IMG/VR virus record: IMGVR_UViG_3300025012_000029
Location: 128,001 to 192,000 of that record
Direction: 5' to 3' (one strand)
DNA: 64,000 bases
Source of the DNA: a virus
Lineage: Duplodnaviria; Caudoviricetes
Under the pieces are notes generated by a model. The model did not search any database and was not told the DNA's origin. It saw nothing but the letters and a program-made list of their open reading frames with translations. The stretch's first letter is position 1, and each line of letters begins with the position of its first letter. This document shows positions 36,148 to 46,390 of this stretch, piece by piece. A program made the position numbers and the translations under genes.

Positions 36148-38742
36148 TTACAATACCTGCGATGCTATGGTAGCTACGCGACTACGCTCGCCTTTTGTTA
36201 ACGTTACATGTCCAGCAAAATCAAATTCTTTGAATTTTTCTACTACATGAGTTAGTCCATTAGAAGTATCATCGACATGTACGTTATCGATCTGTTCTAC
36301 ATCTCCAGTCAAAACTATTTTACTGTCATTTCCAACTCTTGTTAGGATGGTTTTCATTTCATGCTTAGTCAATGACTGGCATTCGTCAATTATTATATAA
36401 GCATTTTGAATAGATCTACCTCTAATGTATGTTAGAGCTTCAATTTCAATTATTCCCTTCTCCATATATTGAGATAACATTAAATGATCATTGGAAAACA
36501 AAAACCTTAGATTGTCTTGAATTGGAGAAAGCCATGGTAACATCTTTTCAGCTACAGTATTATGTGTAACAATATAATCATCAGTTATATATAAATGCTC
36601 AGGATCATCAATTAGAATGCATTTAACTTCTTTTTCTCCAATATAATTAATTTCTTTTATTTTACTAAAATGTAAATATTTTGCTTTATGTCTATTTGAT
36701 TTTCTAGAAATAAAAAATGGATTAATTGTTTCTGGAAGACTTATTGTAAATTCATATGTACAAAAATTAGATTTAACAATTCTATTATTTATTTTTGTAT
36801 TGTCATTTTCTTTACGAATTTCTCTTTTTCTTAAAATTGATTTACCTCCTAATGAATAAACTAATTCAATAACATCTAATGCCAATTGTTTGCTAGTTGT
36901 TATAAAACCGGCTTCTCCTTTTTCTTTTATTGTGCCATCTGTGTCCATTAATCCTTGCAGTATTGCAATTCTATCTTCTATAGAAGAAAATTTATAAATA
37001 TTAGGAATAAATTTATCATTACATTTTCTGCCTTCTAAACCTAATTTAAATAATTCTTCTTTTATTGGATTGCTCCATTTGTTTTCACAATCTAGAAATT
37101 CATATTTAAAATTATCAATAATAAGTTTTTTATCACATCTACTTTGCAAAGTAGAACGATTAATATCTAATTTTTCTAATGCTTTTCCTATTGAAGAAAA
37201 TTCTATTTCTTCTTTTGTTATAGAATTAGTTATTTTTATTTTTCTAGATGGTTTATTATTTGTTTGATATTTTCTTTTTATATTATAAAAAATTGATTTG
37301 CCAGGATCACCTAAAATACAATCCATCATTTCCAATTCTTTTCTTACTCTATCAATAAGTTCGTTATCTATATTAGATATACCAATACTATTTGATATTG
37401 ATCCATCACCCAATATTGCGCCTAATACATAAGGAGGAATTGGTAATAATTGTTTATTAAATTGTATAGGTTCGTTTCTTGGTATTGAATGATTAATTTT
37501 GTCTCCTATTTTTAATGTTGTTCTAATTTCATTAGTACTGCGTATTTTTCCTTTTTTATTTCTTTTTCTTTCCTCGGATGTCTGGGTATACCACAAATGA
37601 TCATCACAACATTCTGTTTTTCTATTATCAGTAGTTATAATTTCAAAAACTGATTTTTTTCCTTTTGGAAACGTACCAATAACTTTCGAAGGTTTTCCAT
37701 TTTTAGCAATAATATAATTTCCAATTTCAATATCACCCATGGTAGTCCATCCATTGGGAGTTAATATCTTAGCATCTAAAGGTTGTGGGCCAGGCAAAAA
37801 CCCTATATCTCGACCCATCGGCTGTACAGGCCTTGATATAATCAATCTACTATATTTGTGTTCTTTTTCTTTATCTCCGTTTTTTCCATTTCCATTTTTT
37901 AGTGGTGATGACATTAATTGTTGTAAACCAGCAGCTACAGCCAATAAACTCTTTCCACTTCCTGCTTTTCCAATTAAACTTACAACTGGAATGTTAGGAT
38001 CCAATAAAATATCTATGGCAAAACTTTGTTCTTTGTTTTTTGGAGAAATGCCCCAAAGATTTTCACTCTCTTTTACTTTACGAAGAGGAGTATTTTCATC
38101 CATATAGCGCGCAATTGCTGTTTTCTTCTCATTTGCGCTTGACACTAACATTATAAATTGATTACAGTGAAATCGATTTTTTTGTTTAATAGCATCTTGT
38201 TTAGAAATATAAATGTTTTCACCAGAATAAAATCTGTCAATCAATTGATCATCAACTAAAAAAGTTGAGAAGCCAGTGTAGATTTGTGATTTTTCTTTTA
38301 TTGCGCGATTTGGAGTATAGTCTTCTGCTTTTATACCTATAGAGTCGCATTTAACTCTCATATTTATGTCGCATGAGACAACGACAACTTTAGTATTTGG
38401 ATTATTTTTTTGTTCTGTTATGGCAGTAGCAATAATTTGGTGGTCCGGAATAGATGAATCAAAACCAATTGGTAAAACACCAAAATCAAAATTTTTTGCT
38501 AATACAAAGCCACTATTCTTTTTTACTCTAACACCAGTTTGCAGAGATCCTTTCTCCCTTAATGAATCTAATATCCTAATGATTCCACGTGCATTTGTGC
38601 CGACGCTATCCACGCGCTTTTTATGATTATCAATTTCTTCTAAAACTATTAAAGGAATGACAATGTTGTTTGAGCCATATGAAAATATTGAACGAAAATC
38701 AGAAAGATATACGGATGTGTCTAAAATGTATGTTTTTTTCAT
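36148..38742 (-). CDS. phoH: PIN-PhoH ATPase (PhoH2/YlaK type) containing an intein
   Basis: PIN (YILDTS), Walker A GKAGSGKS, IGFLPG|TVAEK after splicing, YIRGRS, DECQ, LTGD. Confidence 0.93.
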   Translation of the reverse strand: MKKTYILDTSVYLSDFRSIFSYGSNNIVIPLIVLEEIDNHKKRVDSVGTNARGIIRILDSLREKGSLQTGVRVKKNSGFVLAKNFDFGVLPIGFDSSIPDHQIIATAITEQKNNPNTKVVVVSCDINMRVKCDSIGIKAEDYTPNRAIKEKSQIYTGFSTFLVDDQLIDRFYSGENIYISKQDAIKQKNRFHCNQFIMLVSSANEKKTAIARYMDENTPLRKVKESENLWGISPKNKEQSFAIDILLDPNIPVVSLIGKAGSGKSLLAVAAGLQQLMSSPLKNGNGKNGDKEKEHKYSRLIISRPVQPMGRDIGFLPGPQPLDAKILTPNGWTTMGDIEIGNYIIAKNGKPSKVIGTFPKGKKSVFEIITTDNRKTECCDDHLWYTQTSEERKRNKKGKIRSTNEIRTTLKIGDKINHSIPRNEPIQFNKQLLPIPPYVLGAILGDGSISNSIGISNIDNELIDRVRKELEMMDCILGDPGKSIFYNIKRKYQTNNKPSRKIKITNSITKEEIEFSSIGKALEKLDINRSTLQSRCDKKLIIDNFKYEFLDCENKWSNPIKEELFKLGLEGRKCNDKFIPNIYKFSSIEDRIAILQGLMDTDGTIKEKGEAGFITTSKQLALDVIELVYSLGGKSILRKREIRKENDNTKINNRIVKSNFCTYEFTISLPETINPFFISRKSNRHKAKYLHFSKIKEINYIGEKEVKCILIDDPEHLYITDDYIVTHNTVAEKMLPWLSPIQDNLRFLFSNDHLMLSQYMEKGIIEIEALTYIRGRSIQNAYIIIDECQSLTKHEMKTILTRVGNDSKIVLTGDVEQIDNVHVDDTSNGLTHVVEKFKEFDFAGHVTLTKGERSRVATIASQVL
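36559..37788 (-). mobile_element. Class-3 intein (410 aa, Pro1) with LAGLIDADG endonuclease
   Basis: Starts PQPLDAK; block B DHLW (Trp), block F VKC (Cys), block G THN (Thr); +1 Thr; ILGDGS and LMDTDG motifs. Confidence 0.88.
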
Positions 38743-38770
38743 CTAAAAACCTATTTGGTTACCTCTTTTT

Positions 38771-38779
38771 GTAAATAGT
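38771..38779 (-). promoter_or_regulatory. ACTATTTA(C/T/A) motif, candidate late promoter
   Basis: Same motif just upstream of starts at 38742, 40483, 44640, 48062 and 50693. Confidence 0.5.
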
Positions 38780-38797
38780 AGTAGTAGTTAACATTAT

Positions 38798-39685
38798 ATG
38801 ACTTTGAATAGTATCACAAATCTCAAGAATATAGTCATACTTATTACCTCTTTAACTATCGTTAGCTGCTGTAGTTCTAATCATCTATTCAATGATAATG
38901 TAGATGTGACTTTTTCTAAAGAAGAAAATATACTCAATGCTGTTAAAAAATCAGTAGTTAAAATAACGACTATTACGGAATTAACTATTATAGATACTAC
39001 TACTACAACTACAATATCCAAAGAAATATCTGTATACAGTGGATCTGGATCAATAATTAAACAAACAACTACGGGAACATTTATTTTGACCGCTTCACAC
39101 ATATGCGAAGTTAGCGGACTCAAACGAATTATGCTTTACTTTCCATATTACAAACCAGAACAACACACGATTAGAACAAAAAGTGAATATCTTATCCAAG
39201 ATATCGATGGAATAAAACATGCCGCTACTAATATTTCAACAATAGAAGAGTCAGATACGTGTATCTTGTTATCGACTAAAATTCCAAAACAACCATTAAA
39301 AATTTCTGAAACGGCACCTAGACAATCGCAAAGGGCATATACACTTGGATTCCCAACTGGATTGTGGGAGATAAATTTTGTTCCCGTTTTTTCTGGATTT
39401 TACACAGGAACTATTGATTTGGGTATAAACTCAAAAGATATTAACGCATTTTATACTATACCCGCTTCTCCGGGAATATCTGGTGGACCAGTTATAAACA
39501 TTAACGGAGAAGTTATCGGCATTATTCATTCATATTTATCTAACTTTAATGACATATCCTTCGGAGCAACAATCGATCAAGTTAGACAAATATTTGATTT
39601 AGCAGAATCGAATTATTTTTCTGATAAACAATTTTACGACTCTCTTTGTTTAGAATTGGATAAATCTTTATATCCAAAAAATTAA
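38798..39685 (+). CDS. Trypsin-like (S1) serine protease, probable lipoprotein
   Basis: TASH, D, GISGGP triad motifs; IVSC lipobox-like; the only convincing plus-strand gene. Confidence 0.88.
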   Translation: MTLNSITNLKNIVILITSLTIVSCCSSNHLFNDNVDVTFSKEENILNAVKKSVVKITTITELTIIDTTTTTTISKEISVYSGSGSIIKQTTTGTFILTASHICEVSGLKRIMLYFPYYKPEQHTIRTKSEYLIQDIDGIKHAATNISTIEESDTCILLSTKIPKQPLKISETAPRQSQRAYTLGFPTGLWEINFVPVFSGFYTGTIDLGINSKDINAFYTIPASPGISGGPVININGEVIGIIHSYLSNFNDISFGATIDQVRQIFDLAESNYFSDKQFYDSLCLELDKSLYPKN

Positions 39686-39690
39686 ATTTT

Positions 39691-40173
39691 TTAATCTTGA
39701 TTATCGTGTTCCGGTTCTGACAAAACATTATCTCCATATGATTCGGAGAAAGGTTTAAATCTCTTAATTATATCCTTTAAATTTCTTTCCGTTATGCCTA
39801 GAAAACTTGCTGTATCTTTCCTGGAAAAGGTATTACTCAACGCAAATCCCAATAAAGCTTCCCTTGTTATATTTGGCATAAGTGCCCAAAGTGGAAATCC
39901 GTAAAACTTGTTATTAGCTAGCATCCTTGTTGTTACTTCTAATTTTAATTGAATTACTTCTTCAAGAGTTAAATGGCTCAACATTATTTCGAAATCTTCA
40001 CTAGATTTACCTTGAGAACGAAGTTTAATTGATATTGCCTCAACTGTTTTTAATCTTCCTTGCTTTCTTCTGTTTAACCAATACATCTTTTTTGCGAAGA
40101 AGCGCTCTCTCATTAAATTCTTTCCAGCCATACCACCTGTTATCCCTTTCTGGGTATAATTTTGTTGTATCAA
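39691..40173 (-). CDS. Hypothetical protein with C-terminal HTH-like segment
   Basis: SRKDTASFLGITERNL; true start probably downstream of the annotated Met. Confidence 0.55.
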   Translation of the reverse strand: MIQQNYTQKGITGGMAGKNLMRERFFAKKMYWLNRRKQGRLKTVEAISIKLRSQGKSSEDFEIMLSHLTLEEVIQLKLEVTTRMLANNKFYGFPLWALMPNITREALLGFALSNTFSRKDTASFLGITERNLKDIIKRFKPFSESYGDNVLSEPEHDNQD

Positions 40174-40483
40174 ATAGCATCATAACGCAACATGCCGCAT
40201 GAGCTAAGTGTGAAAGTCCAGATTCAGGATCAATGTCTTTTCCCGCGTTAAAAGCATTAATATGCCTCATTGCCGCATCAGATAAACGAGTCCAATCAAA
40301 TCCTGACATCCAATTATATGAAGCATATTTCTTCGCGCCATATGTCATAACTTTAGCGACCTCTTCTAATGCCAAATTTGGCACTAAAGACATTTTAGGT
40401 TTTTCTTGATCGAATTTTACACCAGAATTATTTAAATCTATTTGAATTTGTTTTGATTTGGTTGTTTTATTTTTCAAAGCCAT
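40040..40483 (-). CDS. dATP/dGTP diphosphohydrolase-domain protein (DUF5664-like)
   Basis: KFDQEKP, GAKKYASYNW, AAMRH, DPESGLSHLAHA. Confidence 0.88.
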   Translation of the reverse strand: MALKNKTTKSKQIQIDLNNSGVKFDQEKPKMSLVPNLALEEVAKVMTYGAKKYASYNWMSGFDWTRLSDAAMRHINAFNAGKDIDPESGLSHLAHAACCVMMLFDTTKLYPERDNRWYGWKEFNERALLRKKDVLVKQKKARKIKNS

Positions 40484-43260
40484 TAAATAGTCTGTTCTTT
40501 CTTTTCAGAATTTATATTATCAAATTCACTTTCGGAATCTTCAAATGAATTAGTAATGTCGCTACCAGCGTTAGGTTCTTCTATTTGAGAAGTCAACTCG
40601 CCTTCAAACTTATCAAAATACATACGTAAATTTACCATGAGATAATCATAAAAAACTTTCTGGTCTTCATTGTCGCTCAGTATATTGTAACTGTCAAGTA
40701 TATTTTTCTCCAATTTATCATATGTCGTCATTGCCATATTTCTTCCTGTTTCGTTCTTTCCAGGAATGGAAAAATTTTGATTTTTCTTTAATAACTTTTG
40801 AAATTTTTTCGTATTTCCATCAACATCTATAAATTTTGAGGATGCGTCTGGAATTGAATCTTGTTCATCTCCAACATTAACAGATATTTCATCTACCTGT
40901 TGTTCCATAGAATCTTCTGGAGTTTTTATCATCCCTCCAGCATTTTGATTAATATCGGCGGTTGTTAATGTTTTGTTAACAGCATTCAAAATATGTGCTC
41001 TAAAAGATAGCCTCTGTTCTTTACTTGAGGTTAATGTTTTATAATCTTGTTCTAGTTGTGAAATTATCTTTTTGAGTAATTCTTCTAAAATATTTATCCC
41101 AGTGGAAGGATGAACAGTGTCAGGAACTTCAGACTTGGCTTCAACTAATACCCTTCTGAATTGTTCTCTCAATATATTTGTGGCTCGTTCTCGTGAAGAT
41201 AGTGTTTCACATAAAGATTCTTTTATAAAATTTTTAACAATATTTCTTAGCATCATCTCAGCCATTATTTTTCGGCGATCGATAAAAACTGTTTCATCCA
41301 TTTCATTCCACGGACCTTTAATTCTTTTCTTGCTAAAATTCGTTGGCGTTCTTTCAATAGAACCTTCAATAGAACCTGCTGTTGCTCCCATTGCTGACAT
41401 TTCATCTAACTGTTTATTGTCTTTCTTCATAGTCTTATCAATAAGTATCATCCAGACTTGTTCTTTTTCTTGTGTGGATAAATGAGTTGGCATTAGTTTA
41501 AAAAAATTTTGTTTATCATTGTTTGCGATTAAATCTCTTATTTTTGTAGCGCTTATATTTGAATATTTGCCAACATTTGTTGTTATCGTTTTTATTTTAA
41601 CGCCAAGATTATTTTTATCAGACCATTCTTGTGCCCTAGAAAATCTAGTGTCATCTAAATCTTTTTCTCCAAGAGCCAACACTAAAGTATCGCCAGGATT
41701 CATTTCAGACATCATATCATATACGTCTCTTACTGGTGAAGTAACTTTGGAAATTAATATTTTTACTTTTGGATCATTTTGAGTGAATATTTTCCATATC
41801 TTAGCAGATTTTTGTTCCGTTATTTCAATTTGACGTAAAGAATCAAACCTCGATTTGGGAGAAATAACAACTCTTACTTCGTCTATGTTCGGAAAATCAG
41901 ATAAATATTTGACACCAAGATAATGCCCAATATGTGGTGGTTTAAATCCTCCAGGAACTAGACTAATAATTCTATTTTTATCACTTTCTTTTATTATGTC
42001 CTTGAGGGGAGGTATTTTTCCCCGTCCATATTTAAACATTCCTAAAATTTGATTTATAGGAGCAAAATTACCAGTAAATTTATATGTTATTCCATCATAT
42101 ACAAATACAAATCCTTCTGATGCCGTGAATATGTTTTCAGCAGTTTTGAGTTTTTCTAATTGACGTTTTAATATGGAAATTGCCTCATCCTGTCCAGAAC
42201 GTTCGATTGTGGCAACTGCTTGAGTAATTTCTCCACGAAGACGTTTCACTTCTTTATCATTGTCTAATATAAAAGCGCTTTCCAAACCCTTGAGAGCTTC
42301 AACGGAAAAATCGTGAATTATATCTTCTAGTGGAGCTATAGCTTTTTTGAGGATAAATGCTGGATTATCAGCAATTGCTTTAACTTTTTGTTTTTGTTCA
42401 TCCGGAGTTCTTTCAAGAATTTTATCAATTCTCAACCCTGAAGTTCCGAGTATTTTATTAGTTAAATCACGAATTATAGCTGGAGTTAACCCTGGAATTT
42501 CTTTTTTGAGAAACTTAGCAACTCTCAAAGATATATATTCTCCAACAGTTTGTTTGTCAGAAATCTTTGTTTCTTCTTGTAATTGGGATAGGCGTGATAA
42601 TGCTATGTGAAGTGGTTTTTTACTGTCCAACATTTTCAAAGTTCGAACAGCATCATTTACAACATTAAAATTACCAGGTTGTCCAATTGTCTGAATTTTA
42701 TCTATGGCAGTTTTTAGAACATTATAATTTTCCAATATATCAACATCTTTTACATGTCCAGTTTCTCTATCAAAGAACGCATGTCCTGTTTGATGAATTA
42801 GCAGATTTTTATTATCATATTGGATAACATTTGGCATGCCAGGATCTAATATTTCTACATTGTAATAAATTTCTGCGTCATTACCAAAAATCTTTTGTCG
42901 CGCTGATGGATGAAGTTGAGAAATAGCTTGTTCCCAAGAACTCATAGCCTCTTTGAACGACTCTGACATGTTGGGTCTATCGGAGAATTTTTTAATCAAC
43001 CCATTAGCATCTAATCCTCCACTCTTTATGTTACTTTTATTTCTGGCTGCTTTAGCTTTACCATCTTTATTTGAAAAAGATAAAAATAGATTGATTCCAT
43101 CAGTTTTTTCTGTTCCTAGTAATTTACCTCCAGAAGCTTGTTTCAAGACATCTTTAATTTGTCCAAAAGTTAAATTTGGGTTGTCATAGAGATGGGCAAG
43201 GTGTCCTGCTAAACCACCGATATTATTCACCATTTTGTGAAAAGCCTGATTGATTTTCAC
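40483..43260 (-). CDS. Large fusion: ligase-like nucleotidyltransferase fold + HIGH cytidyltransferase-like domain + acidic C-terminus
   Basis: EKTDG, EGFVF, YKFTG (ligase motifs I/IV/V-like); GGFKPPHIGH and SATKIR. Confidence 0.65.
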   Translation of the reverse strand: MKINQAFHKMVNNIGGLAGHLAHLYDNPNLTFGQIKDVLKQASGGKLLGTEKTDGINLFLSFSNKDGKAKAARNKSNIKSGGLDANGLIKKFSDRPNMSESFKEAMSSWEQAISQLHPSARQKIFGNDAEIYYNVEILDPGMPNVIQYDNKNLLIHQTGHAFFDRETGHVKDVDILENYNVLKTAIDKIQTIGQPGNFNVVNDAVRTLKMLDSKKPLHIALSRLSQLQEETKISDKQTVGEYISLRVAKFLKKEIPGLTPAIIRDLTNKILGTSGLRIDKILERTPDEQKQKVKAIADNPAFILKKAIAPLEDIIHDFSVEALKGLESAFILDNDKEVKRLRGEITQAVATIERSGQDEAISILKRQLEKLKTAENIFTASEGFVFVYDGITYKFTGNFAPINQILGMFKYGRGKIPPLKDIIKESDKNRIISLVPGGFKPPHIGHYLGVKYLSDFPNIDEVRVVISPKSRFDSLRQIEITEQKSAKIWKIFTQNDPKVKILISKVTSPVRDVYDMMSEMNPGDTLVLALGEKDLDDTRFSRAQEWSDKNNLGVKIKTITTNVGKYSNISATKIRDLIANNDKQNFFKLMPTHLSTQEKEQVWMILIDKTMKKDNKQLDEMSAMGATAGSIEGSIERTPTNFSKKRIKGPWNEMDETVFIDRRKIMAEMMLRNIVKNFIKESLCETLSSRERATNILREQFRRVLVEAKSEVPDTVHPSTGINILEELLKKIISQLEQDYKTLTSSKEQRLSFRAHILNAVNKTLTTADINQNAGGMIKTPEDSMEQQVDEISVNVGDEQDSIPDASSKFIDVDGNTKKFQKLLKKNQNFSIPGKNETGRNMAMTTYDKLEKNILDSYNILSDNEDQKVFYDYLMVNLRMYFDKFEGELTSQIEEPNAGSDITNSFEDSESEFDNINSEKKEQTI

Positions 43261-43528
43261 TTATCCAAGTTCTATTTTTTAAAATCGCTCTTATACATCC
43301 TCTAGAAACATTAAACTCTTTTGCTAATCCAACTTGTGTATTTTCATTTTGTTTCCATTTTTTTCGTATTAGGTTAACTTTATTCCAAGTCTTTTGCAAA
43401 TGATCATTATCGTGTTCATTTCTTAACAAATCTTTTTTATGTTCTAAAAATCTTTTACGAAACGAAATAGTGCTTCCCACACAAACCTTACCATTGACAA
43501 GATTTTTTATTTGGTAAATGCCGCTCAT
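43223..43528 (-). pseudogene. Internally deleted GIY-YIG homing endonuclease
   Basis: SGIYQIKNLVNGKVCVGS..R..EH then an abrupt jump to an HTH tail; 101 aa. Confidence 0.65.
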
Positions 43529-43821
43529 TATCTTTTCCTAATTTTCTTTTCCTTGAGTACAGTATTCTCTTCCTCAAGTATAGAAATTTTTTCTTCCAGG
43601 CGCTTAACATGCCTTTTTACGTTTAAGAGATTTTCTCTTGCCACTTCTAATCTTCTTGAGTCTCCTACTGTTCTGGGGGTAAATGTTGACAATACATCCG
43701 TCAATGATTGAATATAACTGTTTATTCCAGCTACTCCTTCATTTAGTAAAAAATCTCTCTGTAAGATATTGAGAAAATCTCTTGATTTCATTTTACTCTT
43801 CAACCTTTTCTTCAACAACAC
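43528..43821 (-). CDS. Hypothetical coiled-coil protein
   Basis: 97 aa. Confidence 0.6.
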   Translation of the reverse strand: MLLKKRLKSKMKSRDFLNILQRDFLLNEGVAGINSYIQSLTDVLSTFTPRTVGDSRRLEVARENLLNVKRHVKRLEEKISILEEENTVLKEKKIRKR

Positions 43822-43978
43822 TTACAAAAGACTCTTCTTCCACTTCTTGAATTGATTCAACCACTATTGCCGATTCTGAAACTACAACCGGAGATGTAAC
43901 TTCAACTGGAACTTGAACATTTCCGACCTGAAGATTTCTTTCAATCATTTTTTTCTGTCGTCTTCTACGTGGATTCAT
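43793..43978 (-). CDS. Hypothetical Val/Glu-rich small protein
   Basis: 61 aa with GGAG SD. Confidence 0.55.
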   Translation of the reverse strand: MNPRRRRQKKMIERNLQVGNVQVPVEVTSPVVVSESAIVVESIQEVEEESFVSVVEEKVEE

Positions 43979-44273
43979 TATTATTCTCCTTTTTTTCTAC
44001 TTTAATCCAACGACGCATAAGCTCTTCATTTAAACGAATTTTATTTTTCGTTAAATGTTCCTTATCTTCTGGCATTATTTTTTCAGCAGATGTTTCATTT
44101 TTTCTAGCTAATTTCTCAAAATAACTTTCTTTAATTGTTTTTTTAGTAGTTTCTGCAGCATCATTAACTGTTTCTTCTTCAGCTTCATCGACAGGATTGT
44201 CATATTTTATGCTATTTAGTCTTTTAGTACCTTTCATTATTATTCTCCTTTTTAATTTTGTCTTCGTAATCAC
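43965..44273 (-). CDS. Hypothetical protein
   Basis: Likely start MKGTK after GGAG SD. Confidence 0.55.
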   Translation of the reverse strand: MITKTKLKRRIIMKGTKRLNSIKYDNPVDEAEEETVNDAAETTKKTIKESYFEKLARKNETSAEKIMPEDKEHLTKNKIRLNEELMRRWIKVEKKENNNEST

Positions 44274-44640
44274 GAAAAATTAGATTGCCTGCTAGATATG
44301 CTTCTTCTTCCATTCGTCTCAAATGAGAATTTTCCTGTGCGTATCCTTCATCAGTAGAATGTCCTTGAAGATCTCCTCGGCAATTCTGAGCATGATGCAC
44401 AATTTCGTGGGTTAGACTCCTACAAACATCTTTTATATGCCTTCCAGTTATGAATATAGAAATTTTCTTTTGTTCTGGATCGTAGAAAGCTGTTTTTCCT
44501 AGAGGATTACTAGCATTTTTACTACTATGAATGAAAGAAATTTTAGCATCTTCATCAAATTGAAGACACTCTTTCGCATATCCATATAATCCTCTAATTA
44601 AGTCTTGGTATTCTGAAATGATTTTTACATTCTTATTCAT
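44224..44640 (-). CDS. Putative zincin metallopeptidase
   Basis: LTHEIVHHAQ plus MEEEAY; start at MNKNVK. Confidence 0.65.
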   Translation of the reverse strand: MNKNVKIISEYQDLIRGLYGYAKECLQFDEDAKISFIHSSKNASNPLGKTAFYDPEQKKISIFITGRHIKDVCRSLTHEIVHHAQNCRGDLQGHSTDEGYAQENSHLRRMEEEAYLAGNLIFRDYEDKIKKENNNERY

Positions 44641-44660
44641 ACGTTTGTTATGTAAATAGT

Positions 44661-45008
44661 TCAAAACATAACTTGAACCCAAGCATACAATACTATCATA
44701 TAAGAAATACTTACAATAAATGTTCCAATTATACCTATGGGAGTTGTAACATATTTGAAAATAGTAAGAATAAAGAAAGGAATTAACAATCCTTTAATGA
44801 AAATAAAAGATACTCTCGAATGCTCTAAAAGATAATACATTAGAGGATTGTAATCACTAAGTGTTGGAAAATTTATAAATTTTAAAGACAAAATAGCATC
44901 TATAAAATTTGTTATTAGTGTAAATAAGAGAAGGATTTTAAGTATTCTAATGGTATTTTCACGGATCCCACATGGGATGATTACAGGATATAAAGAAAAC
45001 CTTTTCAT
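44661..45008 (-). CDS. Membrane protein (DUF5658-like)
   Basis: N.IDAILS, NPLM, FIKG; three TM segments. Confidence 0.6.
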   Translation of the reverse strand: MKRFSLYPVIIPCGIRENTIRILKILLLFTLITNFIDAILSLKFINFPTLSDYNPLMYYLLEHSRVSFIFIKGLLIPFFILTIFKYVTTPIGIIGTFIVSISYMIVLYAWVQVMF

Positions 45009-45207
45009 TTTTTTGAATCCATGAACATTTTTTATTTTTCAAAAACAGACACATCATCTTATATGCTTCTGAATGAGAAGCAAATTCAAAATGTTTTATT
45101 TTACAATAATATTTACTTATCCAATAAACACGCCATGTAATAAATATCTTTGGAAAAGCTTTAGAAGGACATTCAATCTTTTCCCATTTTTCTTCCTTTT
45201 TTTTCAT
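44959..45207 (-). CDS. Hypothetical protein
   Basis: 82 aa. Confidence 0.5.
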   Translation of the reverse strand: MKKKEEKWEKIECPSKAFPKIFITWRVYWISKYYCKIKHFEFASHSEAYKMMCLFLKNKKCSWIQKNEKVFFISCNHPMWDP

Positions 45208-45445
45208 GACGTTTAACCTTCGCTTCTAATTTTATAACAGCCAATGGTGTTTTAATTGTAATTCCCCTCATAGTTCTAATTTGTGCTATTACGCATTGTC
45301 TATTTATGCCTATTTCCTTAGTATAAATATCAACTATTATACCATAACTTTTTTCACCACCCAATTCAGTAAACGATACACAATCACCTTTATCAAAATT
45401 CTTGAGATAATTAAAACCAAATATATTGGGTTCGTTTGTAATCAT
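45173..45445 (-). CDS. Hypothetical protein (SH3/KOW-like beta fold possible)
   Basis: KGDCVSF..GIIVD pattern. Confidence 0.55.
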   Translation of the reverse strand: MITNEPNIFGFNYLKNFDKGDCVSFTELGGEKSYGIIVDIYTKEIGINRQCVIAQIRTMRGITIKTPLAVIKLEAKVKRHEKKGRKMGKD

Positions 45446-45855
45446 TGTTTTTTAAAGCGTTCGCATGCTTCTTCAACATATGTATATACCCATTTAGCCA
45501 TCTCCTTATTATAATTATCTCCATTAATAGTAATTTTGAGACGTGTAGCTAATTCTTGGCCGCGCCGCCAAGCATCTATCTCTTCAGCAATAGCATCTAT
45601 TTGGTAGATTTTAGAATGTTCTATATATCGTTTTTTAAAAGAATCAAGTTTTTTATTGATAACAACATGTCCACATTCATGAACGAGAGCATATAATTGA
45701 GATTCTTTTTTATATCTCGTACATATTGTTATTGTTTTTTCAATAAAATTGATTTCATCATCATAAAGAAATCCAAAATATATTTTATAACCTAGCTTCG
45801 AAGCCCAACGAGTTAATTTTTTAATACCCAATTCAATTTTTCTTTCAGAAAACAT
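45442..45855 (-). CDS. ImmA/IrrE-like zincin protein
   Basis: LVHECGH and EEIDAW. Confidence 0.65.
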   Translation of the reverse strand: MFSERKIELGIKKLTRWASKLGYKIYFGFLYDDEINFIEKTITICTRYKKESQLYALVHECGHVVINKKLDSFKKRYIEHSKIYQIDAIAEEIDAWRRGQELATRLKITINGDNYNKEMAKWVYTYVEEACERFKKQ

Positions 45856-45870
45856 AGGTATCCTATTCTT

Positions 45871-45899
45871 ATCTTAGCATTACAATAAAACGTTGTCAA
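45871..45899 (-). promoter_or_regulatory. Sigma70-type promoter
   Basis: TTGACA-17 nt-TAAGAT upstream of 45855. Confidence 0.75.
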
Positions 45900-45911
45900 G
45901 ATAATTTGATG

Positions 45912-46385
45912 CTAAACAGGTTCAATTGTTAAAATATTCAATGAATAAGTTTGTTGTAGCATGCTGCTTACTGTTAATATTACATAATTGGGATCATTAA
46001 CTGAATTTGGAACAACCGATTCAACAGTTAAAGATGGAGTAAAAATATAATTTTGTGGATTTGTTAAAGCAAAATTGTTAATAACAGGAAAAGAAAACAA
46101 AACCTTAACTTCTGTATTTGATAGTGCCGTTACTGTAATTGATAACGGTTCATCACATATTGACACTCTATCAAATGGTGGCTGAACTGCTAAATATACT
46201 GAAATATCTGTTGAAACCGCAACTCGCGAAACCAATAAAGCAGGATATGTATTCGAAGCGCTTCCAGTTGCTGTGTTAATGGCTGCAGCTCTAAAGGAAA
46301 TAGAATTTATTTCCGGAGAAGTATTAAAAATATTTAATGCTGGATAAAAGTTAGGTATCGGTAACGATCCAGAAAAAGTTGCCAT
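45912..46385 (-). CDS. Putative virion structural protein (Ig-like C-terminus)
   Basis: Ser/Thr/Val-rich, follows tail-fibre-like gene. Confidence 0.5.
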   Translation of the reverse strand: MATFSGSLPIPNFYPALNIFNTSPEINSISFRAAAINTATGSASNTYPALLVSRVAVSTDISVYLAVQPPFDRVSICDEPLSITVTALSNTEVKVLFSFPVINNFALTNPQNYIFTPSLTVESVVPNSVNDPNYVILTVSSMLQQTYSLNILTIEPV

Positions 46386-46390
46386 TTACA

